Shown: positions 27,976-38,050 of the stretch, piece by piece
How positions within the stretch are numbered: the stretch's first letter is position 1
Layout of the letters: every line of letters begins with the position of its first letter
DNA from: Flavobacteriales bacterium
GTDB lineage: Bacteria; Bacteroidota; Bacteroidia; Flavobacteriales; TMED113
DNA length: 38,050 nucleotides
Assembly (NCBI GenBank): GCA_002698365.1
Contig: NZWM01000024.1
Coordinates: 1 to 38,050, forward strand
Direction of reading: 5' to 3'
Position numbers and translations under genes: made by a program
Notes under the pieces: generated by a model
Database searches by the model: none
Told to the model about the DNA's origin: nothing
Seen by the model: the letters and a program-made list of their open reading frames with translations, nothing else

Positions 27976-28342
27976 TATTTGAAAAAAAACTTTTTGTATT
28001 AATTATTAAGAATAAAAAATATAAACCTATAAAAAATAGCGAGAAATATATTTTGTCTGCATTTGAGGTAGATTCAGTTAGAAGAAAAAAATAAACAAGC
28101 AATAAAGCAATAGATGTAAGCATTTTGAACACCGTCATAAAATTATAAATCATCAAAAATCTTTGAGGTGTTGTTCCTAGTTTAACTAAAAATATAGATT
28201 GAATAATATAGATGCACAGAAAAAACAGAACGACCAAAAAATAATAGATTAGAGGGCTGTAGTTTATAAAACAGGAAACAAAGAACAGGGCTGTTAAAAT
28301 AATGCCAGATGTTAATAGATTGTTTGTTAAATGTTTTTTCAT
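27956..28342 (-). CDS. 4-TM AtpI-like membrane protein
   Basis: Four hydrophobic segments; F...Y....VFKML pattern; located upstream of the atp operon. Confidence 0.6.
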   Translation of the reverse strand: MKKHLTNNLLTSGIILTALFFVSCFINYSPLIYYFLVVLFFLCIYIIQSIFLVKLGTTPQRFLMIYNFMTVFKMLTSIALLLVYFFLLTESTSNADKIYFSLFFIGLYFLFLIINTKSFFSNNERFKK

Positions 28343-28352
28343 TTAATTCAAT

Positions 28353-28754
28353 CTATGCTGTTTTTTCGCTGATGTCGGACTCTGTTGTTGACTTAGTTTT
28401 GTTGATATTTTTAATAACTGGGCCCATACTACACTTGCCTGAAAAAACCGCACCAGGCTCAATCGCTAGTTGAGCGGACACAATTTCTCCTGATAACTTA
28501 GCTGTTGATTTCAATGTTAATAACTCCTCTGTAACAATAGTTGCCTTAAGCTCACCAGCAATTATTGCATTTTTACAATTAACCTCACCCTCAATAACGC
28601 CAGCCTCGCCTAGAACCAGTCTCCCATCTGTTTTAACAGCCCCTATTAAATGGCCGTCTATCCGGACATCAGAACTAGAGGTTAAGTCGCCCTGTAGTAT
28701 CGAACCCGATGCAATTGCATTAATTTCATTATTCTTTTCTGTTGATCTTAACAT
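28353..28754 (-). CDS. Bactofilin (polymer-forming cytoskeletal protein)
   Basis: IASGSILQGDL...VRIDGHLIG...IEGEV...LAIEPGAVFSGKC beta-helix repeats. ATG 28754 is preferred over the track start at 28778. Confidence 0.9.
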   Translation of the reverse strand: MLRSTEKNNEINAIASGSILQGDLTSSSDVRIDGHLIGAVKTDGRLVLGEAGVIEGEVNCKNAIIAGELKATIVTEELLTLKSTAKLSGEIVSAQLAIEPGAVFSGKCSMGPVIKNINKTKSTTESDISEKTA

Positions 28755-28774
28755 ATAAATATTTATTTGAAGGT

Positions 28775-31348
28775 TCAATTTAATAAATATATTTTATTAA
28801 AATATTCTATATAGTCATTAATGTTTCTCTCCCTCAGTAGTGCTGCAAAATTGTCTTCACTAATAACTATAGGAATAATGTCTTGGTTTTTAAAAACCTT
28901 TTCCATGGTTTTGTTCTCCTGTATTAACTCATAATAAGTTTGAGCTTGTATTTGATTTTGAAAATCACCAACTCTCAATATTTGAGAATCTTTATTTAAT
29001 AATAAATTTGTGGTAGACAGACTGTCTAATTTATAATTTTGTTCGTTGAAAGTAGATATCGCTAATTGTGTTTCCGGCAAACTTACTCCAATATCATTTA
29101 TCAGTAAAAAGAAATAGTGGGGGGAGTCAAATGCTTTTTTATACATGGACTCCACAAGCTGATACTCATCCTCTCCTCTTAAAACTAATAAAATAGTATC
29201 AATCTGATTAATAATACCGCTATCGGTATGCTTTGTTTTTATGGTCTCTAAATTTTCTATAAATTGCTTTTTTTTATTTTTTTCTGCCTGACAAAAAGCA
29301 TTAAGTAGTTCTATTTCTGCAACAAAAAGTGACTCCTGATTCTTTAGGAGTAGTTTCTCTAAATTCTCGCAAGATTCTTCGCTGAACTGAACATAGAGAT
29401 CATGAGCTTTTTTATATGTTTTTTTATCATTTTCTAATTTTACGTTGATTGGCACATTACCTTTTAAAATCTCTATATAATTACTATTCGGATATTCTGT
29501 TTCTATTTTGTGTAAATATAGGTTTGCCTCTGTTGTGTCCTCCTTAATATTGTAAATATTGTGTAAATTAAAATAAATTAACTGTCTATAGTCAGTAGAC
29601 GGGAATCTGGTAATTAATTCATTATATAATTGAATTGATTGATTATAATCGGCTAACTCCATACTAAAAACACCGGCCAAATCATAATAAGCTGTCTCTA
29701 TTTTTGATAATAACAATTGTTGTTGCTCCTCTTTAAGGGGGAGCTGAGAGAGATAGTAATCTCTGCTGTATTTTTCTTTTTCTGTTGGGGGGCGTAAAAG
29801 AGTGTCTGCACCTTCTGCTTCTATAGTTAGAATTTGATTTTTGTTTTTTCTTCGCCAATTATCTTCTAGTTTTCTGTTTCCCCATCTAGACACAAACTCC
29901 GAATACCCCAAACTCATTGCTGAAGGATTATAAAAATACCACCCTCCGCTAGATGTAATATTCATGCTGTTTTGTGTCTGCTTATTGTACTCATAAGAGT
30001 TAAATGCGTTGTTTGCCGTACCCCTATCATTGTTTAATTTTAATTCTTCTTCTTTAGTTTGTAAATCTATAATATACTGGTCAATGATTTGGTTTCTTTC
30101 TTCTTCTGAAAGGTTCGCCAAAGTAATAATGCTGTCATTGTGTTGAATCTGTGTGTATAAATCAGCAACCTTTTTGGAGTTGCGCAACATTTTTTTTATC
30201 CGGTGGTAGTTCTCATTATTAGTCTCTGCAAATTGATGGGCCGAGTCACAGTGATTATATGCATTAATATAGTCTTTTTTAGACCAAAACAATTCTGCTA
30301 AAGCATAGTGCGATTCTATTTTTTGATATAAATTGACGGTTGAGAATCTTGCTGAAAGAGATAGAGATTTAATAGCGGAAATAGTGTCATTATTTTTTAA
30401 CTCCATATTAGCTAGTGCAAAATAAATTTGATCTTGATATTCATTGTTTTTTTTATCTCTTAGCATTTTGTTTAAATCTTGTTTTAGGGTTGTGAAATTA
30501 TTTAAACTCGGGCTATAGGCTTTCGTTTGATTGAGCTTAGCATTAAAAACCAATTCATATTTTGGGTTTTTCTTGACAACTTGCCGAAAAGAATTTATTG
30601 CTTTTTCATAATTATCTGTAATTAATTGTATTTGCCCCAAAACAAAATACATTCTGGTTTTTTGACTCTTGATGTTAGACAGCTTGATGGCTTTTAATAA
30701 ATATTTTTCTGCTGAAACAAAATCAGACTCCACTATAGACCGTTCTGCTTTTATCTCAAATAAAACTGCATCCTGTTGTTTGGTTAGATAATAGTCGTCT
30801 TCAAGTTTTTGTATATTGTTATAAACAGCCTCTTGATTGTTAAGTTGCTGTTGGCATCGAGTAGACCATAAAGCTGCTTCAGATTGAATTTCAGGGTCTG
30901 GAGATTTTCGCACAATGTAGTTAAATGTGTTGATTGCTGGCAAGTATTCTTTTTTATAAAACTTCGCTTGACCAATTATAGAATAGGCTTGGAAAATTAA
31001 TTTGTTTTTTTCTTTACCATCAATATCCATTGAGTGTTGTTGAATAGCAATTGTGCTTTTTTCAATTGCCTTATCAAAAGATGATTGTGCGTTTTGTGCA
31101 TCTTTTATACTACCATATGTGTTTATTGATAAAATTTCTTTATAGTTGTCTGTGTGTAGTTCTGTTATTTTTTTTACTCCCGTTTTTAGGTGTTCTTTTG
31201 CGTAAAAAAGAGCATTGTACTTTGTGTTTAACTGGTGGTACACTCGGTTGAGTGCTGCATCTTTTTGTGTGGAACAACCCAATAGTAACAACAATATTAA
31301 TATGGTGAACCTATACTTATAAGCTAATAAACCTAAATTTTTATTCAT
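28775..31348 (-). CDS. sprE: T9SS/gliding TPR lipoprotein SprE/PorW
   Basis: Lipobox LLLGC-STQKD, YHQLNTKYN, KAIEKS..AIQQHSM, WYFYN...G..EF...WGNRKLEDNWR. The start is uncertain (ATG 31348 or TTG 31357). Confidence 0.88.
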   Translation of the reverse strand: MNKNLGLLAYKYRFTILILLLLLGCSTQKDAALNRVYHQLNTKYNALFYAKEHLKTGVKKITELHTDNYKEILSINTYGSIKDAQNAQSSFDKAIEKSTIAIQQHSMDIDGKEKNKLIFQAYSIIGQAKFYKKEYLPAINTFNYIVRKSPDPEIQSEAALWSTRCQQQLNNQEAVYNNIQKLEDDYYLTKQQDAVLFEIKAERSIVESDFVSAEKYLLKAIKLSNIKSQKTRMYFVLGQIQLITDNYEKAINSFRQVVKKNPKYELVFNAKLNQTKAYSPSLNNFTTLKQDLNKMLRDKKNNEYQDQIYFALANMELKNNDTISAIKSLSLSARFSTVNLYQKIESHYALAELFWSKKDYINAYNHCDSAHQFAETNNENYHRIKKMLRNSKKVADLYTQIQHNDSIITLANLSEEERNQIIDQYIIDLQTKEEELKLNNDRGTANNAFNSYEYNKQTQNSMNITSSGGWYFYNPSAMSLGYSEFVSRWGNRKLEDNWRRKNKNQILTIEAEGADTLLRPPTEKEKYSRDYYLSQLPLKEEQQQLLLSKIETAYYDLAGVFSMELADYNQSIQLYNELITRFPSTDYRQLIYFNLHNIYNIKEDTTEANLYLHKIETEYPNSNYIEILKGNVPINVKLENDKKTYKKAHDLYVQFSEESCENLEKLLLKNQESLFVAEIELLNAFCQAEKNKKKQFIENLETIKTKHTDSGIINQIDTILLVLRGEDEYQLVESMYKKAFDSPHYFFLLINDIGVSLPETQLAISTFNEQNYKLDSLSTTNLLLNKDSQILRVGDFQNQIQAQTYYELIQENKTMEKVFKNQDIIPIVISEDNFAALLRERNINDYIEYFNKIYLLN

Positions 31349-31454
31349 GATTAACAATCATATAAACGAACATAAAATTATTTTATTTTTTTGACTATAC
31401 ATATGTTTTGACAATACTATTTGCGATATTTGATGCAATAGAAGTTGTTAATGC

Positions 31455-32324
31455 ATGTCAAAACCCCACAAACAAAACCCTGATTCGTCTTTAAGTTTTT
31501 TTCAAAAATCTTATAAAATTAGCAGTGTAAACAAAACTTCTCTGAAAGAGCGGACCATTACCACATTTAAGGGTTATCAATTATTTATCTATTTTTTGGG
31601 TTTGTTCATCATTCTAATATTTAGTGTTTTTTTATTAATTGCATATGGGCCATTAAATAATTTAGTGCCCCTAACAAATACTATTAAAAAGAAAGAAATT
31701 ATCGACTTAATAGTGAAGGTTGACTCTTTGGAAAAGGATCTGATTATAAAACACCAATATATTCATGTTATTAATAAAATTATCAATGGTGAGGTGGTGG
31801 ATAGTTTGTTACCAATAAATATTGACTCTAGTCTTGTTGTTGAAAAATTAGACCTAGTACCATCTAAAGAAGATTCTATTTTAAGAAAAATGGTTTACGA
31901 AGAAGATTTATACAATATTTCTAACTCATATAACACCCCAATATCGGGTCTAGAAGACTTTGTTTTTTTTAAGCCGGTAAATGGCTTGGTGGTTGACACC
32001 TTTAGCCTTGCTGAGCATCATTATGGGTTGGACATTGTTACACATGAGGGGGCCTCTGTAAAAGCCTGCTTGGAAGGGGTGGTAATATTTTCAGACTGGT
32101 CAACCTCAAGCGGTAATATGATTTTAATTCAACATGTAGACAATATTGTCTCTGTTTATATGCATAATTCTATATTAACTAAAAACAAAAATGACCTTGT
32201 AAAAGCTGGAGAGGTGATTGGGATTGTTGGTAATACGGGGGAGCTATCCTCTGGGCCACATTTACATTTCGAATTATGGCAAAATGGAACACCAATTAAC
32301 CCACAAGAATATATAAACTTTTAA
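31455..32324 (+). CDS. M23 family metallopeptidase
   Basis: N-terminal TM; HYGLDI, YMHN and GPHLHFELW with Zn ligands intact. Confidence 0.9.
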   Translation: MSKPHKQNPDSSLSFFQKSYKISSVNKTSLKERTITTFKGYQLFIYFLGLFIILIFSVFLLIAYGPLNNLVPLTNTIKKKEIIDLIVKVDSLEKDLIIKHQYIHVINKIINGEVVDSLLPINIDSSLVVEKLDLVPSKEDSILRKMVYEEDLYNISNSYNTPISGLEDFVFFKPVNGLVVDTFSLAEHHYGLDIVTHEGASVKACLEGVVIFSDWSTSSGNMILIQHVDNIVSVYMHNSILTKNKNDLVKAGEVIGIVGNTGELSSGPHLHFELWQNGTPINPQEYINF

Positions 32325-32328
32325 CAAA

Positions 32329-33828
32329 ATGGGGTTAGCTTCTTTTTTATTGAAACGGTTAGCAAAACAAGAATATAAAAAATATTCTTTGGCGAAAAAA
32401 AATGCTATAAAAAACCAGGACAAAATTTTTAATAAAATTCTATTGCGGGGTGGTGGAACTGATTTTTGGAAGAAAAAAAAAATACAAAAAATCAAAAACT
32501 ATCAACAGTTTCAATCCACTCTTCCCATCTCCGACTATGAAAGTGTTCGTCCATTTGTTTCTAAAATATCTAATGGTGAAAAAGATGTTCTCACTAAGGG
32601 TAAGCCTTTATACTTTGCTATCACCTCTGGAACAACCTCTGGAACAAAATACATTCCACTAACAAAAGAGATGTTGGCTTTTCAAACACAAGCAATAAAA
32701 GAATTACTGTTATTATACTCATATCAAACTAATAATTATAATATTTCTCCAAATGTGGGGATGATGTTTATACAAGGATCTCCCAATTTAAAATACCTAA
32801 ACAAAGTTCCTTTTGGAAAGCTATCTGGGATAACAGCAAGACACATTCCGTTTTTTCTTAAACAAAACCGATATCCATCCATGAAAACAAATTGCATAGA
32901 CAATTGGGAAGAAAAAATTGACGCAATTGTACAAGAAACACACAATAAAGACATGCAAATTATTGGTGGGATTCCACCCTGGGTAATGACTTATTTTGAG
33001 GCGCTGTTAAATTTTAAAAACAAAAAAAACCTGCAGGAAATTTTTCCTAATATAATGCTTTATATACATGGAGGCAGTGGTTTTAGTCCTTATAAAAAAG
33101 CTTTTTTTAATATTTGTGGAGAAATAGATACACTAGAGGTTTATCCTGCGTCTGAAGGTTTTTTTGCATATCAAGATGATTTAAATGACCCAAGTATGCT
33201 GCTTTTAACTAATCACGGTGTGTTTTATGAATTTATTGAACTAGCCGATTTTCAGGCACAAAAAATGAATCGAATTATATTAGAAGATGTTAAATTAAAC
33301 ACTGATTATGTTTTAGTTGTTTCAACAATTGCTGGGTTGTGGGCATATAATACTGGGGATACCATTAGATTCACCTCCAAATCACCTTATAAAATTTTAT
33401 TTAGTGGAAGAGCTACTCAATATTGTTCTGCTTTTGGTGAGCATGTAATTGAAAAAGAAGTACAAGAGGCCCTTGTGTGTGCTATAAAAAAACATGGTGG
33501 TGTTGTATCTGAATTTTCTGTTGCGCCAAAAATAATGACCGAATCTCATTTGTCTTGTCACCAATGGTTTATTGAATTTAAATCCAACCCCGATAATTTA
33601 TTACTCTTTGAAAAAACATTAAATTCTACTATGGAAAAACAAAATCCATATTATAGAGATCTTATAAAATCAAAAGTTATTCTTCCACTAAAACTTTTTC
33701 TTGTGAAAAGTGGAGGATTTAATGCTTATATGAAATCTATTGGTAAATTTGGAGGACAAAACAAATGTCCGCATTTATCTAATGAAAGGGAAATTGCTGA
33801 TTTTTTACTAAAAAACTATGTTAAATGA
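32329..33828 (+). CDS. GH3-family acyl-adenylate/amido-synthetase-like protein
   Basis: TSGTTSGTKYIP, YPASEG, YNTGDT, AFGEHVI and GGQNKCP motifs. Confidence 0.9.
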   Translation: MGLASFLLKRLAKQEYKKYSLAKKNAIKNQDKIFNKILLRGGGTDFWKKKKIQKIKNYQQFQSTLPISDYESVRPFVSKISNGEKDVLTKGKPLYFAITSGTTSGTKYIPLTKEMLAFQTQAIKELLLLYSYQTNNYNISPNVGMMFIQGSPNLKYLNKVPFGKLSGITARHIPFFLKQNRYPSMKTNCIDNWEEKIDAIVQETHNKDMQIIGGIPPWVMTYFEALLNFKNKKNLQEIFPNIMLYIHGGSGFSPYKKAFFNICGEIDTLEVYPASEGFFAYQDDLNDPSMLLLTNHGVFYEFIELADFQAQKMNRIILEDVKLNTDYVLVVSTIAGLWAYNTGDTIRFTSKSPYKILFSGRATQYCSAFGEHVIEKEVQEALVCAIKKHGGVVSEFSVAPKIMTESHLSCHQWFIEFKSNPDNLLLFEKTLNSTMEKQNPYYRDLIKSKVILPLKLFLVKSGGFNAYMKSIGKFGGQNKCPHLSNEREIADFLLKNYVK

Positions 33829-34984
33829 AACAAAAAAGCTGGCAATTCTAGGTTCGACAGGATCTATTGGCACACAAACATTGCATATTGTAAAAAACAA
33901 CCCCCATTTGTTTAAGGTGTTTCTTTTAAGTGCGCATAGTAATTATATGTTATTGTTTGAACAAGCAAAGGAGTTTACACCAAAACATGTGGTTATAAAC
34001 ACTCTTGAGGGGTATGAGTTTTTAAAAAAAAACCTGAATAAAAAAAACACAAAAGTTTCCTATGGTGTTTCCGAATTATCTGTATTAGTTGCTGAAAAAG
34101 ATATTAGCTTGGTTGTTAATGGTGTTGTTGGTAGTGCTGGTTTAATTCCAACAATTCATGCTATTAAGGCCAAAAAAAACATAGCACTCGCAAATAAAGA
34201 AACGTTGGTTGTTGCAGGACAACTTATCATGAGTCTCGCAAAAAAACACAATGTATCTATTTTACCAATAGATTCTGAACACTCTGCTATTTTTCAGTGT
34301 TTAGTTGGTGAAAAAAATAAAAATATTCACAAATTAATTTTAACTGCATCTGGTGGTCCTTTTTTAAATGTTAGAAAATCTGACTTTAAACATATTACGA
34401 TTCAAAAAGCTTTAAAACACCCAAATTGGGAAATGGGTCGAAAAATTACAATTGATTCAGCCACATTAATGAATAAGGGGTTGGAGGTGATTGAAGCATA
34501 TTGGCTCTTCGGTGTTTCTTTCGAAAAAATTAATGTGGTCATACACCCCGAATCTATTATTCATAGTTTAGTTGAGTTTTGTGATGGTTCTACTAAAGCT
34601 CAAATGGGGGTTCCTGAAATGACCACTCCAATATTATATGCCTTGGGTTTCCCGGAAAGAATACCACACAAAACAGACACCCTTGACTTGACAAAAATTA
34701 AAAATTTATCTTTTTTCAAACCAGATATAAAAAAATTTCCTCATTTAAAATTAGCATATGATGTTTTGAAAATAGGGGGAACCGCTCCCTGTGCTCTTAA
34801 TGCAGCAAACGAAGTTTGTGTTGAAGCATTCTTAAATAAGAAAATAAAGTTTATAGATATGGTGAAAATAATAGAAAAATCATTGGAAAATTTTATTTTT
34901 GTGGCACAACCAAAACTAGACGACTACTTACGAGTTGATAATGAAACACGAAAAGTAGTTAATAACTTAATTTCTAAATCATGA
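33818..34984 (+). CDS. dxr: 1-deoxy-D-xylulose-5-phosphate reductoisomerase
   Basis: LGSTGSIGTQT, LANKE, PIDSEHSA and HPNWEMGRKITIDSATLMNKGLEVIEA motifs. Confidence 0.98.
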   Translation: MLNETKKLAILGSTGSIGTQTLHIVKNNPHLFKVFLLSAHSNYMLLFEQAKEFTPKHVVINTLEGYEFLKKNLNKKNTKVSYGVSELSVLVAEKDISLVVNGVVGSAGLIPTIHAIKAKKNIALANKETLVVAGQLIMSLAKKHNVSILPIDSEHSAIFQCLVGEKNKNIHKLILTASGGPFLNVRKSDFKHITIQKALKHPNWEMGRKITIDSATLMNKGLEVIEAYWLFGVSFEKINVVIHPESIIHSLVEFCDGSTKAQMGVPEMTTPILYALGFPERIPHKTDTLDLTKIKNLSFFKPDIKKFPHLKLAYDVLKIGGTAPCALNAANEVCVEAFLNKKIKFIDMVKIIEKSLENFIFVAQPKLDDYLRVDNETRKVVNNLISKS

Positions 34985-36303
34985 TACAATTTCTTCAGTT
35001 TCTTTTAAGTCTTTCCATTCTTGTGGTGCTACATGAATTTGGTCACTATATAACAGCCCGCATGTTTGGTTGTCGGGTAGAAAAATTCTATTTATTTATG
35101 GATTGGCCTTATGCTTTATTTAAAAAGAAAATAGGTGACACAGAGTTTGGTATTGGTTGCGCACCACTAGGTGGTTATGTGAAAATTTCTGGTTTTGTCG
35201 ATGAGTCAATGGATGATGGTGGGTTGGAAAAAGAACCTGAAGCTTGGGAGCTTAGGGGTAAGCCGGCTTGGCAAAGATTAATTGTTATGTTGGGTGGTAT
35301 TATTGTTAATGTTGTTTTAGCTTGGTTTATTTATAGTATGATTGCGTTTAGTGTGGGACAAAAATATATCCCGATCGAAAACTTAAAAGACGGATTTACT
35401 TTTAGTGAGGACGCCAAAAGATTGGGGTTTGAGGATGGAGATCAATTGGTTTCAATGGGTGGGGTTGTTTTAAAAGAATTTGATCCAATGATGATCATGA
35501 GTGGAGTTTTGTTTGAGGGTGAAACAGAAATTGTAGTACTTCGATCTGGACAAAAAATTAATTTAAACATCGATAAAAGTATTGTTAATGACATTATAAA
35601 AAATTTATCACAAGAAAGCCCGCCGTTAATGGAGCCTAATATAAAGTGGATTGTTGGTGGGGTTGTAGAATCTTCTGTTGCTGAAGATGCTGGACTGGAG
35701 GTTGGTGATCGCATTATATTTATTAATGATTTTAACACCATTTATTATAATAACAATGTGCGGGAGTATTTGTTAACGCAGGCTGGTCAAAATGTTGTTT
35801 TAACAATAGATCGGTTGGGTAAAAAATATCCAGTTAAGGTGGCTCTTGGTGATGATGGTTTTTTGGGGGTTATCCCCTCGGCAGGGGATTATGAAAAAAT
35901 AAAAACTTTTTCTTTTTTGAAATCTTTTTCAGCCGGATTTAAAAAAACCAAAGAAACGATTGCTATGTACTGGGGGCAAGTGAAAACCATTTTTAATCCC
36001 GCCACTGGTGCCTATAAACACCTTGGTGGAATGATCACAATTGGTAGTATGTTTCCTGGTGAATGGAATTGGTTGACCTTTTGGTCAATGACCGCTTTTT
36101 TATCTATTATTCTAGCTGTCATGAACCTTTTACCTATCCCGGCACTCGATGGGGGGCACGCGCTCATTGCTTTTGGTGAAATGCTAACTGGAAAAAAACT
36201 TCCAATAAAAGTGCTAATGCCTTTACAAATAGTTGGAATGGTAATACTCTTAATGCTTGTGTTGTACGCAAACGGAATGGATATTGTTCGTTTATTTAAT
36301 TAA
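34981..36303 (+). CDS. rseP: RIP metalloprotease RseP
   Basis: LHEFGH, PLGGYVKI, two PDZ-like segments and NLLPIPALDGGH; ATGA overlap with dxr. Confidence 0.96.
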   Translation: MIQFLQFLLSLSILVVLHEFGHYITARMFGCRVEKFYLFMDWPYALFKKKIGDTEFGIGCAPLGGYVKISGFVDESMDDGGLEKEPEAWELRGKPAWQRLIVMLGGIIVNVVLAWFIYSMIAFSVGQKYIPIENLKDGFTFSEDAKRLGFEDGDQLVSMGGVVLKEFDPMMIMSGVLFEGETEIVVLRSGQKINLNIDKSIVNDIIKNLSQESPPLMEPNIKWIVGGVVESSVAEDAGLEVGDRIIFINDFNTIYYNNNVREYLLTQAGQNVVLTIDRLGKKYPVKVALGDDGFLGVIPSAGDYEKIKTFSFLKSFSAGFKKTKETIAMYWGQVKTIFNPATGAYKHLGGMITIGSMFPGEWNWLTFWSMTAFLSIILAVMNLLPIPALDGGHALIAFGEMLTGKKLPIKVLMPLQIVGMVILLMLVLYANGMDIVRLFN

Positions 36304-36316
36304 TATAATTTGAATT

Positions 36317-37846
36317 ATGGAAGAAATTTTAAAAAACTTAGATATAACAACCAATCATGCCGGAACATCTACTGGTTTAAATTGGATTAATGAGAACTCA
36401 AATGGTTCAACCAAATCATTTTCGCCTGTAAACGGTGCCGAAATTGGTGTTGTAAATAACACATCTAAAAGCGAATACAATCAGGTTGTTTTGTCTGCAA
36501 CAGAAGCTTTTAAAGTTTGGAGGGTGATGCCTGCACCAAAAAGAGGTGAGGTGGTTAGACAGTTTGGAGACGAGTTAAGAAAAAATAAAAAACACCTTGG
36601 TAAATTGGTTTCATATGAAATGGGGAAATCTTATCAAGAGGGGTTGGGTGAAGTGCAGGAAATGATTGATATTTGTGATTTTGCGGTAGGTTTATCAAGA
36701 CAACTTTGTGGTATTACATTGCACTCTGAAAGGTTTAAACATAGAATGTATGAACAGTATCACCCGCTTGGTGTGGTTGGTATTATCTCTGCTTTTAATT
36801 TTCCTGTTGCTGTTTGGGCTTGGAACGCTGCTTTGGCTTGGGTTTGTGGTGATGTTTGTGTTTGGAAGCCTTCTGAAAAAACACCGTTTTGTGCTATTGC
36901 TTGTCAAAAAATAATGGCAACAGTATTGAAAAACAACAATCTACCAGAAGGAGTGTCATGCTTAATTAATGGTGATTATCGTGTGGGAGAATTTTTAACC
37001 AATGACACAAGAGTTCCTTTGATTTCTGCAACAGGATCAACTAGGATGGGGAGAATTGTTGGAGCTAAAGTTGCTGAGAGGTTTGGAAAAACAATTTTAG
37101 AACTTGGTGGAAATAATGCTGTAATAATGACTCCTGATGCCGACTTAAATATTGGGGTTGTTGGGGTTGTTTTTGGGGCCGTTGGAACAGCTGGGCAAAG
37201 ATGCACCACAACAAGACGACTTATAATTCATGATTCAATTTACGAAACAGTAAAGGAAAAGTTGACTTTGGCATATCAACAAATTAAAATAGGAGACCCA
37301 CTGGATGAATCTAATCACATGGGACCTTTAATTGATAAGGATGCTGTTAGGGCTTATGAAAGCGCATTATCCGAAATTCAAAAAGAAGGTGGTAATATTA
37401 TTGTTGATGGTGGGGTTTTATCTGGTGATGGGTATGAATCTGGTTGCTATGTGAAGCCTGTGATTGCAGAAGCTGAAAATCACTTTAATATTGTACAAAC
37501 AGAAACATTTGCACCAATATTATATTTGATGAAATACTCTAATATAACCGAAGCTATTAATATGCAAAATAATGTTCCACAAGGTCTTTCTTCAGCTATT
37601 ATCACAAACAACGTTCGAGAAGCTGAAACATTTTTGTCGCACGCAGGATCTGATTGTGGTATAGCTAATGTTAATATTGGTACATCGGGTGCAGAAATTG
37701 GGGGTGCATTTGGAGGTGAAAAAGAAACCGGTGGTGGAAGAGAATCTGGCTCAGACGCATGGAAGGCTTATATGAGAAGACAAACAAACACCATAAATTA
37801 TTCCGATGATCTGCCGTTGGCTCAGGGAATAAAGTTTGATTTTTAA
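36317..37846 (+). CDS. Aldehyde dehydrogenase family 7 (piperideine-6-carboxylate/alpha-aminoadipate semialdehyde dehydrogenase-like)
   Basis: GEVQEMIDICDFAVGLSRQL, LELGGNNA, GTAGQRCTT and GAFGGEKETGGGRESGSDAWKAY motifs. Confidence 0.92.
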   Translation: MEEILKNLDITTNHAGTSTGLNWINENSNGSTKSFSPVNGAEIGVVNNTSKSEYNQVVLSATEAFKVWRVMPAPKRGEVVRQFGDELRKNKKHLGKLVSYEMGKSYQEGLGEVQEMIDICDFAVGLSRQLCGITLHSERFKHRMYEQYHPLGVVGIISAFNFPVAVWAWNAALAWVCGDVCVWKPSEKTPFCAIACQKIMATVLKNNNLPEGVSCLINGDYRVGEFLTNDTRVPLISATGSTRMGRIVGAKVAERFGKTILELGGNNAVIMTPDADLNIGVVGVVFGAVGTAGQRCTTTRRLIIHDSIYETVKEKLTLAYQQIKIGDPLDESNHMGPLIDKDAVRAYESALSEIQKEGGNIIVDGGVLSGDGYESGCYVKPVIAEAENHFNIVQTETFAPILYLMKYSNITEAINMQNNVPQGLSSAIITNNVREAETFLSHAGSDCGIANVNIGTSGAEIGGAFGGEKETGGGRESGSDAWKAYMRRQTNTINYSDDLPLAQGIKFDF

Positions 37847-38050
37847 TATCTATTAAGATTAAAGTCGTTTTTTTTATCTACTCGCGGTCTGGCATCCATG
37901 TTTGAAAGTTCCCATGCTGTATAAAAAATTAACCTAGCTGTTTTTTCTACTTTTTCGTAAACCAGCTTTTCCATTGTGTCTGTATGTTTGTGATAGTCTT
38001 CGTGAACACCACTAAAATAAAATATCGACGGGATATTTTTTTTGGCAAAA
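37843..38050 (-). CDS. M28 family peptidase, C-terminal fragment (5' end outside window)
   Basis: Hand translation: FAKKNIPSIFYFSGVHEDYHKHTDTMEKLVYEKVEKTARLIFYTAWELSN...*. It contains the HxDYHxxTD motif, and its stop at 37845-37843 overlaps the ALDH stop. Confidence 0.85.
   Translation of the reverse strand, partial: FAKKNIPSIFYFSGVHEDYHKHTDTMEKLVYEKVEKTARLIFYTAWELSNMDARPRVDKKNDFNLNRY

Noticed and set aside
2748-37209. Short antisense or alternate-frame ORFs in the track (e.g. 2748-3074, 9754-10032, 13806-14087, 21142-21510, 26323-26574, 35442-35741)
   Set aside because: All lie over well-supported genes and have no recognisable motifs.

Overview
AT-rich, densely packed chromosomal window from a Bacteroidota cell, most likely a streamlined Flavobacteriales-type lineage. 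This rests on porZ-recO synteny, sprE/porW, an atpBEFHAG operon without atpDC, TAnnTTTG promoter boxes and Gln after signal peptides. About 33.6 kb (4.4-38 kb) is recognisable core genome: T9SS genes, envelope and peptidoglycan genes, gatA, tatA, dut, ATP synthase, dxr-rseP and an ALDH7 aldehyde dehydrogenase. The unusual part is 834-4210, a tightly coupled three-gene operon abutting the 3' end of tRNA-Arg(UCG). It encodes (1) a GMN-less CorA-like 2-TM protein resembling the CorA effectors of type III CRISPR systems, with no cas genes in the window; (2) a DUF4145/HEPN-like + TerB-like helical + tandem beta-barrel protein; and (3) an intact pyroglutamyl peptidase I (C15). I propose this as a candidate undescribed defence or signalling system. 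This is inference, and all domain calls come from motif recognition by eye. A second notable signal is four in-frame poly-G tracts (G7-G10) in one TonB-dependent receptor gene, suggesting phase variation. Two partial CDSs at the window edges were missed by the ORF track: a MORN-repeat protein and an M28 peptidase.
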